NCBI GenBank assembly: GCA_035642355.1
Contig: DASQSP010000212.1
Coordinates: 1-59,570, forward strand
Origin: Terracidiphilus sp.
GTDB taxonomy: Bacteria; Acidobacteriota; Terriglobia; Terriglobales; Acidobacteriaceae
Length of the DNA stretch: 59,570 bases
Reading direction: 5' to 3'
Part shown: in pieces, positions 41,344-51,406 of the stretch
Layout of the letters: every line of letters begins with the position of its first letter
Position numbering within the stretch: the first letter of the stretch is position 1
Notes under the pieces: generated by a model
Databases searched by the model: none
The model's input: only the letters and a program-made list of their open reading frames with translations
What the model was told of the DNA's origin: nothing
Translations under genes and position numbers: made by a program

Positions 41344-42906
41344 ATGGCAACCACGCAGATCAAAATCAATCCCGAAGACCTGGCTCAGGTTCCTCACTCC
41401 GGCGAGCGAGTTCCCGAGCCCGGCATCATCGTCATCTTCGGCGCCTCCGGCGACCTGACCAAGCGCAAGCTGTTGCCTGCGCTCTTTCATCTGGAGCAGG
41501 CCGGCCTGCTGCCCAAGAAGCTCGCCATTGTGGGCGTGGCGCGTCGGCCGCTGGGCGACGCGTTCGCGGCAGACATGCGCGAGGGCGTGGTGGAGTTCGG
41601 CGGCGTGGACAAGAACGATCCCCTGCTTGAGGCCTTCATCAAAAATGTGAGCTACTTTGCGCTCACCTTCGACGATGCCTCGCACTACGCGGGCCTCGAG
41701 GCGGAGCTCGATCGCATCGCCCAGGAGAAAGGCATCGGTCCCAACCGGCTCTTCTATCTCGCCACCGCGCCCGAGTACTTTGCGCCCATCGTCGAGAACC
41801 TGGGCGCGCAGGGCATGGCGCAGCCGGAGAAAGGCCGCACCGGCGTGGTGATCGAAAAGCCCTTCGGCCACGATCTCGCCAGCGCCCGCGCGCTCAACCA
41901 CGATGTGAACGCCGTCTTCGAGGAGAGCCAGGTCTTCCGCATCGACCACTACCTGGGCAAGGAGACGGTGCAGAATATTTTGGTGTTCCGCTTCGCCAAC
42001 GGCATCTTCGAGCCCATCTGGAACCGCAACTACATCGACCATGTGCAAATCACGGCGGCCGAGACGCTGGGTGTCGAAGGCCGCGGGCCGTTCTATGAGA
42101 AGGCCGGCGCGCTGCGCGATGTGGTGCAAAATCACGTCATGGAACTGCTGAGCTTTGTCACCATGGAGCCGCCCTCGAGCTTCGAGGCCGAGAGCGTCCG
42201 CAGCGAAAAGGTGAAGGTCTGGAAGTCGATTCCCAGCATTCCGGTTCACGACGCGGTGCGCGGCCAGTATGGCCCCGGCGTCATCGGCGGCAAGAAAGTC
42301 ATCGGCTATCGCGAGGAAGAGCGCGTCGATCCCGCGTCCGGCACGGAGACCTATGCGGCCTTCCGCCTGGGCATTGAGAACTGGCGCTGGGCTGGCGTGC
42401 CCTTCTATCTGCGCGCGGGCAAGCGGCTCAAGCAGCGCGCCACCGAGATCAGTATCCAGTTCAAGCAACCGCCTCTGTTGATCTTCAATCGCATGCAGGC
42501 AGCAGGCCCCTGCGCGGAGATTCAGCCCAACCTGCTCACCATCCGCATCCAGCCGGACGAGGGCATCGCGCTGCGCTTTGGGGCCAAGGTGCCGGGCACG
42601 CCCAACATGGCGGTTTGCCCGGTCAACATGGACTTCGACTACGCTGCGGCCTTTGGCACCAGCAAGGCCAACGGCTATGAGCGGCTGCTGCTGGACGCCA
42701 TGCTGGGCGACCAGACACTGTTCTCGCACCGCGACGGCGTCGAAACCAATTGGTCGCTCTACACGCCGGTGCTCGAAGAGTGGGCGGCAAAGAAGACCGA
42801 GGTCTTTCCCAACTACGCCGCCGGCGCCTGGGGCCCGGACTGCTCCGACCGCCTGCTCGAGAAGGACGGCCACGCCTGGCGGAATGACTTCAGCGCGAAG
42901 AGCTGA
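41344..42906 (+). CDS. zwf: Glucose-6-phosphate 1-dehydrogenase
   Basis: GASGDL, EKPFG, RIDHYLGKE. Confidence 0.98.
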   Translation: MATTQIKINPEDLAQVPHSGERVPEPGIIVIFGASGDLTKRKLLPALFHLEQAGLLPKKLAIVGVARRPLGDAFAADMREGVVEFGGVDKNDPLLEAFIKNVSYFALTFDDASHYAGLEAELDRIAQEKGIGPNRLFYLATAPEYFAPIVENLGAQGMAQPEKGRTGVVIEKPFGHDLASARALNHDVNAVFEESQVFRIDHYLGKETVQNILVFRFANGIFEPIWNRNYIDHVQITAAETLGVEGRGPFYEKAGALRDVVQNHVMELLSFVTMEPPSSFEAESVRSEKVKVWKSIPSIPVHDAVRGQYGPGVIGGKKVIGYREEERVDPASGTETYAAFRLGIENWRWAGVPFYLRAGKRLKQRATEISIQFKQPPLLIFNRMQAAGPCAEIQPNLLTIRIQPDEGIALRFGAKVPGTPNMAVCPVNMDFDYAAAFGTSKANGYERLLLDAMLGDQTLFSHRDGVETNWSLYTPVLEEWAAKKTEVFPNYAAGAWGPDCSDRLLEKDGHAWRNDFSAKS

Positions 42907-42926
42907 ACGCTCACATGCTTCGCAAC

Positions 42927-42964
42927 AAAGGGCTGCGCGATTGATTGCGCGGCCCTTGCTCTTT
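42927..42964 (+). terminator. Probable terminator after zwf
   Basis: AAGGGCTGCGC...GCGCGGCCCTT followed by GCTCTTT. Confidence 0.55.
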
Positions 42965-42982
42965 ATATCAATTCGGATATAA
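42963..42982. promoter_or_regulatory. Palindromic TA operator overlapping TATAAT
   Basis: TTATATC-aattcg-GATATAA just before the toxin ATG. Confidence 0.6.
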
Positions 42983-42989
42983 TAAGACG

Positions 42990-43316
42990 ATGAAGCCGCT
43001 CCGGTTTCTTGGTGACTCGCTCAAGGCCCTTCGGGATTTTCCGAAGGATGCGCGCCAGACCGCCGGCTATCAACTCGACAAGGTACAAAACGGAAAAGCG
43101 CCGAGCGACTCCAAACCGATGCCTGCAATCGGCAAGGGCGTGGAGGAGATCCGAATCTGGGAGGACTCGGGAACGTACCGGGTTATTTACACAGCGCGCA
43201 TGCGAGATGCGATCTATGTACTCCATGCCTTCCAGAAAAAGACGCAGGCAACGTCAAAGCGCGACATAGAGATAGCCAGACAGCGTCTGGCCGAGGTGCT
43301 CGGAGGTTCCCGATGA
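42990..43316 (+). CDS. RelE/HigB (Gp49-like) toxin
   Basis: LRDFP, GYQL..VQ.G..P, GVEEIRI, YRVIY, YVLHAFQKKTQ.T. Confidence 0.92.
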   Translation: MKPLRFLGDSLKALRDFPKDARQTAGYQLDKVQNGKAPSDSKPMPAIGKGVEEIRIWEDSGTYRVIYTARMRDAIYVLHAFQKKTQATSKRDIEIARQRLAEVLGGSR

Positions 43317-43603
43317 AAAAAGCGAAGCCCGAAAAATATCGGAGTGTTTGGGATGCGCTGGCGGACACGCCGGAAGAAGCGGCTAATCTTCGCCTGCGCT
43401 CCGCTCTGATGCAGCAGATCACCGGGATTCTTGCCGCGAACCACTGGACTCAGGCCGAAGCTGCGGTCCGCTGCGGAGTGACCCAGCCGCGCATCAACGA
43501 TCTGTTGCGCGGCCGTATCGCGCGCTTCTCACTTGACGCACTGGTGAACATTGCCGCCGCGTTGGGCCGCAAGGTTTCCCTGACGCTCGTCGACGCTGCC
43601 TGA
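43313..43603 (+). CDS. HigA-like XRE (HTH_37) antitoxin
   Basis: SVWDAL.DTPEEAANL.LRS, TQ..AA...GVTQPRI..L..G.I..FSLD.L; ATGA overlap with toxin. Confidence 0.92.
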   Translation: MKKAKPEKYRSVWDALADTPEEAANLRLRSALMQQITGILAANHWTQAEAAVRCGVTQPRINDLLRGRIARFSLDALVNIAAALGRKVSLTLVDAA

Positions 43604-43760
43604 CGCGCGTCAATTCGGCTACTCCCGCACCACCTGCCCAGAATGCCGTCCGGGTGATTGCCAACGCGACGAGACAATCCGATGACAAAGGAATGACGAG
43701 TAGAGAGCCTCCGCGAAAGTAAACTAGGCCGTATCGAAAACGGTGTTCGCTGGAGGTTCG

Positions 43761-44711
43761 ATGAAATCGTTTCGCACGATCTACGCCAGAGATCTGGATT
43801 CCGTATCTCTCAGGAATGAGGTCGAGACTTACGGATATGTGTTCATCCGGGACCTGCTGCCGAAGAGGGACCTGGGGCAGCTGCTCGGCGAAATGATTGG
43901 GATTGCATCGGATGAGGGCTGGATGATGGAGGGGTCGGTGCCATCGGAACGCATCGCGAATCCGGCCATGGCGTGCTCTGATCCTGATCCTAAGTACAAG
44001 CAGGCCGCAAATCGCGCGTTCCGCCTGGAGCGGCTGCACGCGTTGACGCATCATCCGGTGTTGACCGGTGTTATGAAGCGGCTGACGGGTCCGCGCCTTC
44101 TGGTTCATCCCAAGCCCATTGCGCGGATGATCTTCCCCAACTGCGAGGGCGCCCTTTTGCATGCGCATCAGGACAACTCGGGAATTGCGGGAAGCTCCGA
44201 GAGCTACACCGTGTGGATGCCGCTGCATGACTGCCTTGAGGGACAGGGGACGCTCGAGATCAAGGAAGCTTCGCACTTGTTTGGGCTGCAACACACCGAC
44301 GGATACATCAATCCGGAGACCGCACAGGGCGGCGATTGGGTAGGCGGACGGATCAATGCGGGCGATGTGGCGATTTTTCACAGCCTGACGGTGCATAGCT
44401 CCACATTAAGCACCTCGAACCAGATCCGTTTTTCGGTGGATTGCCGGTTTCAAAGCTATGACGAAGCCGTCTCGCCGCTGGAGATCGTGTTTCCCAACCA
44501 ATCTAAAGGCGGACGCACCTGGGAAAGCACTTACGCGGATTGGAAGCATGACGATTTGAAGTATTATTGGCGGGATTTGCCTTTGCGACTGAAGCCCTCG
44601 ATGGCCGAGATGGCCGCGCAGGCCGAGAAGGCTGACAGCGCCGAGAAGCGGGCGCGCTACACCATGATGATGGAACTGATTGAGCGAGAGATCCCCATGC
44701 TGGTGCAGTGA
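43761..44711 (+). CDS. Phytanoyl-CoA dioxygenase (PhyH) family 2OG-Fe(II) oxygenase
   Basis: HQD, TVWMPL.D, GDVAIFHSLTVH, R.SVD.R. Confidence 0.9.
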   Translation: MKSFRTIYARDLDSVSLRNEVETYGYVFIRDLLPKRDLGQLLGEMIGIASDEGWMMEGSVPSERIANPAMACSDPDPKYKQAANRAFRLERLHALTHHPVLTGVMKRLTGPRLLVHPKPIARMIFPNCEGALLHAHQDNSGIAGSSESYTVWMPLHDCLEGQGTLEIKEASHLFGLQHTDGYINPETAQGGDWVGGRINAGDVAIFHSLTVHSSTLSTSNQIRFSVDCRFQSYDEAVSPLEIVFPNQSKGGRTWESTYADWKHDDLKYYWRDLPLRLKPSMAEMAAQAEKADSAEKRARYTMMMELIEREIPMLVQ

Positions 44712-44745
44712 GCAGAGCTACGCGACCGCGCGGACAGCTTTACTG

Positions 44746-45417
44746 CTACTCCCGCACCACCTTCACCAGAATCCCATCCGGCAGCTCGCCCTCAATCAGG
44801 TGCACCACGCCGTTCTTCACCAGCCCCTCAAAAACCTGCCGCTGCGGCCTCGCAGGTGAGCTGGGTGCAGGTGAGCCGGGTGCCCCACCTTCGCCGTCCG
44901 CCGCCAGCGGACGGTTAAGGTGGGACGGCCCTGTCGGCGCACCACTCAGGCCGGGCCTCTTCCCCATCCCCCGGTCCATGGCTTCGTTGGCCAGCCGGTC
45001 GGCTTCCTTGTTGCCGCCGCGCAGGGTGTGGCCCATCTGGAACTTCTCCAGGCGCGCGGCCTCGCGCCTGGCCTCTTCCCACAGCGGCTTGAGGCCGGGG
45101 CTGTTGACCTTGTAGCGGCCCTTCATCTGGTTGACCATCAGCTCGGAGTCCGAGATGACCTTGAGGTGGCTGACGTGGTTGGCGTTGGCCCACTTGAGCA
45201 CGGCCAGCAGGCCGGCATACTCGGCATAGTTATTGGTCTGCTTGCCCAGAAACTCGCTCAGCCGCGCCACCACGCGGCCGTTGGGGTCCTCCACCACCGC
45301 GCCAAAGCCCGCCGGCCCCGGATTGCCGCGCGAGCCGCCGTCACAGTGGGCCGTAAACCAGCCGCCGCTCTTCGCTTTGCCGCCCGCTTCCATCTCGCCA
45401 AATAATGTGCTGTTCAT
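44746..45417 (-). CDS. rnhA: Ribonuclease HI family protein with REP-derived linker
   Basis: DGGSRGNPG, TNNYAEY, SDSEL, NKEADRLAN. Confidence 0.9.
   Translation of the reverse strand: MNSTLFGEMEAGGKAKSGGWFTAHCDGGSRGNPGPAGFGAVVEDPNGRVVARLSEFLGKQTNNYAEYAGLLAVLKWANANHVSHLKVISDSELMVNQMKGRYKVNSPGLKPLWEEARREAARLEKFQMGHTLRGGNKEADRLANEAMDRGMGKRPGLSGAPTGPSHLNRPLAADGEGGAPGSPAPSSPARPQRQVFEGLVKNGVVHLIEGELPDGILVKVVRE
44878..44925 (+). repeat. Family-B REP in frame in RNase H gene
   Basis: GGGTGCCCCACCTT-CCGTCCGC/GCGGACGG-AAGGTGGGA hairpin; encodes SHLNRPLAADGEGGAP on the minus strand. Confidence 0.78.
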
Positions 45418-45574
45418 CGTTTACAAGTGTACCGGGCCGGATAGCGCGCGGCCCTGCCCGTCACGGAAGTACCGCGCGCGCCCTCGGCCCGCAGCGGCCC
45501 GGAAGGCTCACGAAAGCCCCATCGGCGCGTCCATCCAGAGGCGAATACTCCATTTTGAGCGGAGCAGCAACCAG

Positions 45575-46321
45575 ATGGCGAGTGAAGCGGTAAGCGTTCT
45601 TTCCGCGGCCCCGGCAACCAGGGCCCGTTTGGCCAGTTTGGCTCGTTTGCCGTGGGCAGCCGGCCAGGGGATACAATCCATCCCAGGCATGGCTGCGACC
45701 AGGGCAATCGACGGACCCGACCGCGCCGCGGAGCGCCTGCGGGCCCGCGCGCCGGAGATGGAGCTGATCCGCGAGGCGCAGGCCGGCTCGCGCGCTGCCT
45801 TTGACGCGCTGGTGCGGCAGTATGAGCAGCAGGTTCTGCGCCTGGCCATGCATCTGACCGGCTCCGAGCACGACGCCGAGGACATTTACCAGGAAGCTTT
45901 TCTGAAGGCCTTCCGCTACATCGGCAACTTCCGGTTCGAGTGCTCGTTTTACACGTGGATTTACCGGATCGTCACCAACCTCTGCCTGGATCAGCTGCGC
46001 CGCCGCAAGACCCGCCGCGAAGATCAGGCGGTGATGGTGGATTACGCCGGGGACGAGATCGACCTGCTGGCTTCGGTGTCGGACAATCGCTCCTTCGCCA
46101 GCCCCGACCGCGAGCTGGACCGCAAGGTGCTGGGCGAACACATTCAGGCAGCGCTGGGCAAGCTCACCCCGCGCGAGCGCATGGTTTTTGAGCTGAAGCA
46201 CTACCAGGGTCTCCGCCTGCGCACCATCGGAGAGATGTTGAGCACCACCGAAGAAACCGCCAAGAATACGCTGTTCAGGGCGACGAAGAAGTTGCGCGCG
46301 CAGTTGGCGAGTGTGCGCTAG
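45575..46321 (+). CDS. ECF sigma-70 factor
   Basis: DAEDIYQEAFL, FYTWIYRI..N..LD, region 4 HTH. Confidence 0.95.
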   Translation: MASEAVSVLSAAPATRARLASLARLPWAAGQGIQSIPGMAATRAIDGPDRAAERLRARAPEMELIREAQAGSRAAFDALVRQYEQQVLRLAMHLTGSEHDAEDIYQEAFLKAFRYIGNFRFECSFYTWIYRIVTNLCLDQLRRRKTRREDQAVMVDYAGDEIDLLASVSDNRSFASPDRELDRKVLGEHIQAALGKLTPRERMVFELKHYQGLRLRTIGEMLSTTEETAKNTLFRATKKLRAQLASVR

Positions 46322-46406
46322 GCAGACAGCCGGCCCATCGAGGCGGCGATTGCGACTCTTTACCCGGTTTGCACCACTGATTTTGAGGCTATGAGGGCGT
46401 AACACC

Positions 46407-47438
46407 ATGAATTGCGAACTTGCTCATGAACGCGTGGTCCTGGCGGCTTATGGCGAGCTGCCCGATGAACAGGCGCACGAACTCGAGCGGCATCTCGTCG
46501 GCTGCGCGGAGTGCGTGGCCGAGCGCCGCCAACTGCAGGCGCTGCAAACGCTGGCCGAGCTGCACCCGGTAACGGAGCCGCCGGCCAACCTGGTGGCCCG
46601 CTCCCGCATGCGTCTGGAAGAGGCGCTCGACGCTCTGCCGCCCAAGCGCTGGCTGGAGCGGTTCGGCGAGCGCATCGTCAACAACTTTGCCCGTCTGCAG
46701 TCGGCGCCTGTGGCCGCGGCGCTGCTGCTGGTTGCCGGCCTCGGCGCAGGCTCGCTGGGCGGCTATGAAGTGGCGCAGGGCCGGGCGGCGCATTCCGCCG
46801 GACAAACAAATGGGCAGGCCGCGCCGGCCTCCACAATCCAGCCCGCTGCGTCGCAGTCGGCCGCCCCGGTTATGCCCCAGACAATCACGCCGGACTCAGT
46901 TACGCCGGACACGGTCGCCAACATATCGAGCATCGTGCAGCAGCCCAACAGCAACGTTGTCGAAGTCAGCTACAACCAGGTGGTTCCGCAGCGGGTGCAG
47001 GGCTCGCTCGAGGATCCGGCCATTCGCCAGTTGCTCATGATGGCCTCTGAAGATGCGGCCTCCACGGGCATCCGCGACGACTCCGTGGGTCTGCTGGCGG
47101 CCGAGTGCCGCGCCGGCCGCAGTTGCAACGCCGCGGGCATCCGCGACGCGCTGATGGTGGCGCTGCGCTACGACCGGAATGCCGGCGTGCGGCAAAAGGC
47201 TCTGCACGGCCTCGAGCCCTACGTGGCCGAAGATATGCGGGTGCGCGATTCGGTGCTCGAGGCGCTGCTGAACGACAGCGATCCCCGCATTCGCACGGAA
47301 GCCATCGGCGTTCTGGAACCGGTTGAAGCCGACACCACCGTGCGCCAGGTGCTGTACACGGTGGCCAACTCCGACCGGAGCCCCCAAATCCGCACCGTCT
47401 CCCGGCAGTTGCTGAGCCGGGCGCCGCAGTTTCAATAG
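46407..47438 (+). CDS. Anti-sigma factor (zf-HC2, TM, HEAT repeats)
   Basis: HLVGCAEC ZAS motif; follows the ECF sigma. Confidence 0.88.
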   Translation: MNCELAHERVVLAAYGELPDEQAHELERHLVGCAECVAERRQLQALQTLAELHPVTEPPANLVARSRMRLEEALDALPPKRWLERFGERIVNNFARLQSAPVAAALLLVAGLGAGSLGGYEVAQGRAAHSAGQTNGQAAPASTIQPAASQSAAPVMPQTITPDSVTPDTVANISSIVQQPNSNVVEVSYNQVVPQRVQGSLEDPAIRQLLMMASEDAASTGIRDDSVGLLAAECRAGRSCNAAGIRDALMVALRYDRNAGVRQKALHGLEPYVAEDMRVRDSVLEALLNDSDPRIRTEAIGVLEPVEADTTVRQVLYTVANSDRSPQIRTVSRQLLSRAPQFQ

Positions 47439-47501
47439 CATCGAGCGGGCACCTTCGCCAAAGAGCGAACGGGCCGTGAATAGAAGATTGAGGGAGAAAC
47501 G

Positions 47502-48470
47502 ATGAAGCACTTTTCGAGGCCTTGCCGCAAGACCATCTCATCGCGAGGCCTTGCCTTGGCGCTCGCGTGCAGCGCCGTATGCATGGTTTATTCCGCATCG
47601 GCGCAAACCGCGGGCCTGGCGCCTTCCGCGCTGCAACTGCCCAGCCCGCTGCTGTCCAGTCCAGTTCTTTCCAGTCCGGCGCCGCGCGCAAGCGCGCAGG
47701 GCTACCTGGGCGTGCTGGTGGGCGACGTTGACACCGACACTGCGACCAGGCTCAAGCTGAAGGAAGCGCGCGGCGCCGTGGTCACGCTCATCGATCACGA
47801 TGCTCCCGCGGCGCAGGCCGGCGTGCGCGTCAACGATGTGGTGTTGGAGATCAACGGGCAGGCCATCGGGGGCGCGGAGCAGTTCACGCGCATCCTCAGG
47901 GAGATGCCGGCGGGGCGCACCATCAGCATGATTGTGTGCCGCGACGGCGCGCCGCACACCGTGACCGTGGAGCTGGCCGACCGCAAGAAAATGGAGCACG
48001 ACGTGTGGAAGAATCTCGACACCGGCGCGGACGCATCCGGTTCCGCGCCGGTGCTGGGCATTCTGCCGGGCGCCTCGGGCGATGTGCCGTCGGGCGGCTT
48101 TCACAATCCCTTTGGCGGCAGCGCGCTCAACGTGGGCGCCATGGTGGAGCCGCTGGCCGCGCAGATGGCCGAGTATCTCGGCATTCAGTCCGGCCTGATG
48201 GTGAAGCAGGTGGCGCGCAAGAGCGAGGCGGCCAACGCGGGGCTCAAGGCCTTCGACATCATCCTCAAGGTCGGCGCGGAGTCCATCGCCACCACCGCGG
48301 ACTGGGACCGCGCGCTGCGCGCCAACCGGAATAAGACTGTGCAGATCACGGTGCTGCGCGACCGCAGGCAGCAGGTCATCACGCTGCAGGTGGACTCCAA
48401 GCGCCATCGCTCCGCATTGCAGCAGCCGCCGCAAGCACAGCAGGCGGAGGGATTGGCGCCGTCGGCTTAG
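47502..48470 (+). CDS. Secreted tandem-PDZ domain protein
   Basis: GYLGV, PAAQAGV..NDVVLEING, second PDZ; signal peptide. Confidence 0.88.
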   Translation: MKHFSRPCRKTISSRGLALALACSAVCMVYSASAQTAGLAPSALQLPSPLLSSPVLSSPAPRASAQGYLGVLVGDVDTDTATRLKLKEARGAVVTLIDHDAPAAQAGVRVNDVVLEINGQAIGGAEQFTRILREMPAGRTISMIVCRDGAPHTVTVELADRKKMEHDVWKNLDTGADASGSAPVLGILPGASGDVPSGGFHNPFGGSALNVGAMVEPLAAQMAEYLGIQSGLMVKQVARKSEAANAGLKAFDIILKVGAESIATTADWDRALRANRNKTVQITVLRDRRQQVITLQVDSKRHRSALQQPPQAQQAEGLAPSA

Positions 48471-48792
48471 CCAGGAGCCTTGAAAAGGCAAGATGGGTAT
48501 GCATTTGACTCAGGTCAGTCCAACCGACTGGGATTGGCAGCACTGCAAAAATCCGGTGGCCTTCACTGGCGGATTTATAATCGAGTTTCGGCATGGAACA
48601 GTTTCCATCCTCTAGGTGTCTATAACAATATGAGTGCTGACAGATTCACATCTAGGGTGGCTTTGCCACCTGCAGGCTTCAGTGTGATTCTACTGCGGTG
48701 CGTCTTTGCGACGTTTTGTTATCCGATTTCTCAGGGAATCGCTTAGTAGAGTTGAACTGCATTCCTTTCATCCGGCGCTCAACAGGAGACGG

Positions 48793-48952
48793 TATGCGAG
48801 CCGCGCCGTTATTTTTCTTCTTGATCTGCCTTTCGTCGTGCGCCGCGCAGGCCTCGGATTCTCCGAAGTCACCGAAGCCGTTCCTGATCTCCGTCGATCA
48901 ACCGGCATTCCTCGGCGAGCCCATCTGGGTGAACGAAAAGACTCGTCCGTAA
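48793..48952 (+). pseudogene. Truncated secreted-protein gene fragment
   Basis: GGAGA RBS, signal-peptide-like MRAAPLFFFLICLSSCAAQA, early stop. Confidence 0.35.
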
Positions 48953-49577
48953 AAATAAATTGCCGTGACGAAATGTCCATACTGACGGGAAAACTCCACG
49001 ATGGCCGCAGGGAGCGCATCTTCCGTGACGAAAGGCTGAAGGTACCGGCAGGTGCCCGGTCATCGATCCTGTCCCGCGGTTGCCTCGTAGACGGAAGAGT
49101 GTGCCCATTCATCGCAGTTTTGTCGCCGTTAGTGGGCCGCGTGAATGCGGCGGGAGGACCATCGTTCGTTGCGGAATTGTATCCGCGCGCCCCGGCTCGA
49201 CGGGTCTCCCGTTCATCGTCCACCGCGGCGGACGATGAACGGGGCATAGACCGTCAGCACAGACCGTCAGATTCGAACGCCCCAATTTGGGAGCGGTGAG
49301 TGGGCCACCTGCCCGTCGGTTTTTCTGAATGGGGCTGTTGCTAAAATGGGCACTGCGGTACGAAAGTGTGCGGGCCTCGATTTCGCGCGGGGTTGCGGCT
49401 TAGAATAGGCGCAGTGACCTGCCTGAGTCTGCCGAGCAGGAAAAAAATGCGGACTGCGGACGGCTACGAAGCGAGCGCGTGCGTGGAAAACCGGAGATGA
49501 TAGGCCAGCGAACTGGCCAGTGCCTTGGCAACCCCCCAGTCCCACCAGGACAGAAAAGGAAAATTCTCTTGAGCGCA

Positions 49578-50078
49578 ATGTGGAAACCAACTCAGTCTGG
49601 ACCCGGATCTTCGCCAACCCCCGAGCCGCAGCGCCCGGCTGCTCCCGCAGCACCGGCGTTTGAGCCTGCCCGCAGTGCCCCGCCGGCTGCCGCCTCCACT
49701 GCCTCGACGGGCGAGCAGGCGACCATCGGCAAGGGCCTGTTCATCAAGGGCGAGATCACCGGCTCCGAGTCCTTGTATATCGACGGCAAGATTGAGGGCA
49801 CGATCAATCTGCCGGGCAACCGGCTCACGGTGGGCCGCAACGGGCAGGTGAATGCGGCCATCAACGCGCGCGAGATTGTGGTGCTGGGCAAGGTGAAGGG
49901 CAACGTGTCGGCCACTGACCGCGTGGACATTCGCGCGGAGGGCGCGCTGACCGGCGATGTCTCCGCGGCGCGCATCAGCATTGAGGATGGCGCGTTCTTC
50001 AAGGGCGGCATCGACATCAAGAAGGCGGATGGCGGGAAGCCCACGGCGGTGCCGGAGCCAGTCAAAGCCACGGCCTAA
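49578..50078 (+). CDS. Bactofilin (polymer-forming cytoskeletal protein)
   Basis: ATIGKGLFIKGEI, LYIDG.IEG, ISIEDGAFFKG. Confidence 0.93.
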   Translation: MWKPTQSGPGSSPTPEPQRPAAPAAPAFEPARSAPPAAASTASTGEQATIGKGLFIKGEITGSESLYIDGKIEGTINLPGNRLTVGRNGQVNAAINAREIVVLGKVKGNVSATDRVDIRAEGALTGDVSAARISIEDGAFFKGGIDIKKADGGKPTAVPEPVKATA

Positions 50079-50153
50079 GCTCGCAGAACAGGTTGCGCGA
50101 AGGCCCTCTGCGAAGGTGGAGGGCCTCAGACTGCCAACAAAGTAAAGGTCTAT

Positions 50154-50235
50154 CCCTCAGGGGCTAAAGCCGCGTTGAATCTTATGGACGCAGGTATATC
50201 GACGCCGGATTTTTCGACACGGGAAAGCGCGAATG
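50154..50235. repeat. Degenerate REP fragments (family-A arm and family-B tail)
   Basis: CCTCAGGGGCTAAAGCC and GACACGGGAAAGCGCGAAT. Confidence 0.5.
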
Positions 50236-50324
50236 CACGGCGTCCAGCTTGCCATTGCCGCACCTCGCCCGCGATACTCGCCTTAGGCTGCGCACGCAGC
50301 CGCATCTTCCCCAGCGAGACCATA

Positions 50325-51133
50325 TTGGAGCGTGAATTTCATACCGCGCGGCTCCTCCACAAGGAGTGCATCTCAGAGCTCGCGCAGACTTACCACTTCG
50401 AATTCGTCCTCGACGACCTCGAAGCCTTCCCCTTCATCCCCGGCCAGTTCATCTCCGCCGTGGCTGAGGACCGCACCGGCCACGAGCAGACGCGCGCCTA
50501 CTCGCTGGCCTCCGCGCCGCGCGCCAATCGGTTTGACCTTTGCCTCAACCGCGTCGAGGGCGGCTTCTTTTCCAATCGCCTTGCCGATTTGCCCGACGTT
50601 CCCGTCGGCGGCCTCGTCCGCGTCTACGGCCCCAACGGCTTCTTCACTCTCCGCGAGCCGGTGACGGACTCGCTGCTGGTCGCAACGGGAACCGGCGTCG
50701 CGCCCATGCGCGGATTCTTGCAGCATTTGTTTCCGCAAGACGGCCCGCACGCCGGAGAAGATCGCAGCCAGGGCAAGGAAATCTGGCTTGTGTATGGAAC
50801 GCGCCACGAGACCGAGCTCTACTATCGCGCCGAGTTCGAGGCTCTGGCCGCGCGCCACGCCAACTTCCACTACCTGCCCGCGCTCAGTCGCGACGCGGAG
50901 AATTGGACGGGCTTCGCGGCTACGTGCAGGACCACGTCGCCAAGATCGTGGAAGATCGCGTCGCGCGCTTAGGCCCGTCGTCTGCAATCGATCCTTCCAC
51001 GCCGCCCAATGAGCTGAGATTCGATATCAACGCCTACATCTGCGGCCTCAACGACATGATCACTGCCGTCCGCGACCGCCTGAAAACCTTCGGCTGGCAT
51101 CGCAAACAGATCGTCGTCGAACGCTACGATTGA
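50325..51133 (+). pseudogene. Ferredoxin-NADP reductase-like oxidoreductase, frameshifted near 50910
   Basis: RAYSLAS and ATGTGVAP in one frame; RGYVQD and YICG...ERY in another. Confidence 0.85.
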
Positions 51134-51406
51134 TACGCACGGTCCTTGCGGGCTTCGCTAAAACATGCCCGATCAATCTGACTTGTGGACATTGCGGATC
51201 GGCGGGCTTGAGCGTGTGTGGGGAGTTTTCTCGGAAGGCGCATACCAAATCATCTTTGGGGCCCCCAGCCACCTAATCTATCCGACGAATTAGTAGCCTG
51301 TGCGGGTAAGGTCATTTCAGCCATTCGGAAATAGGATTCTCATTCCTCCAGGGTTCTTGATAAAGTTCACAGTGGTCTTGAACTTGAGGGTGTCAGGGAG
51401 AATACG

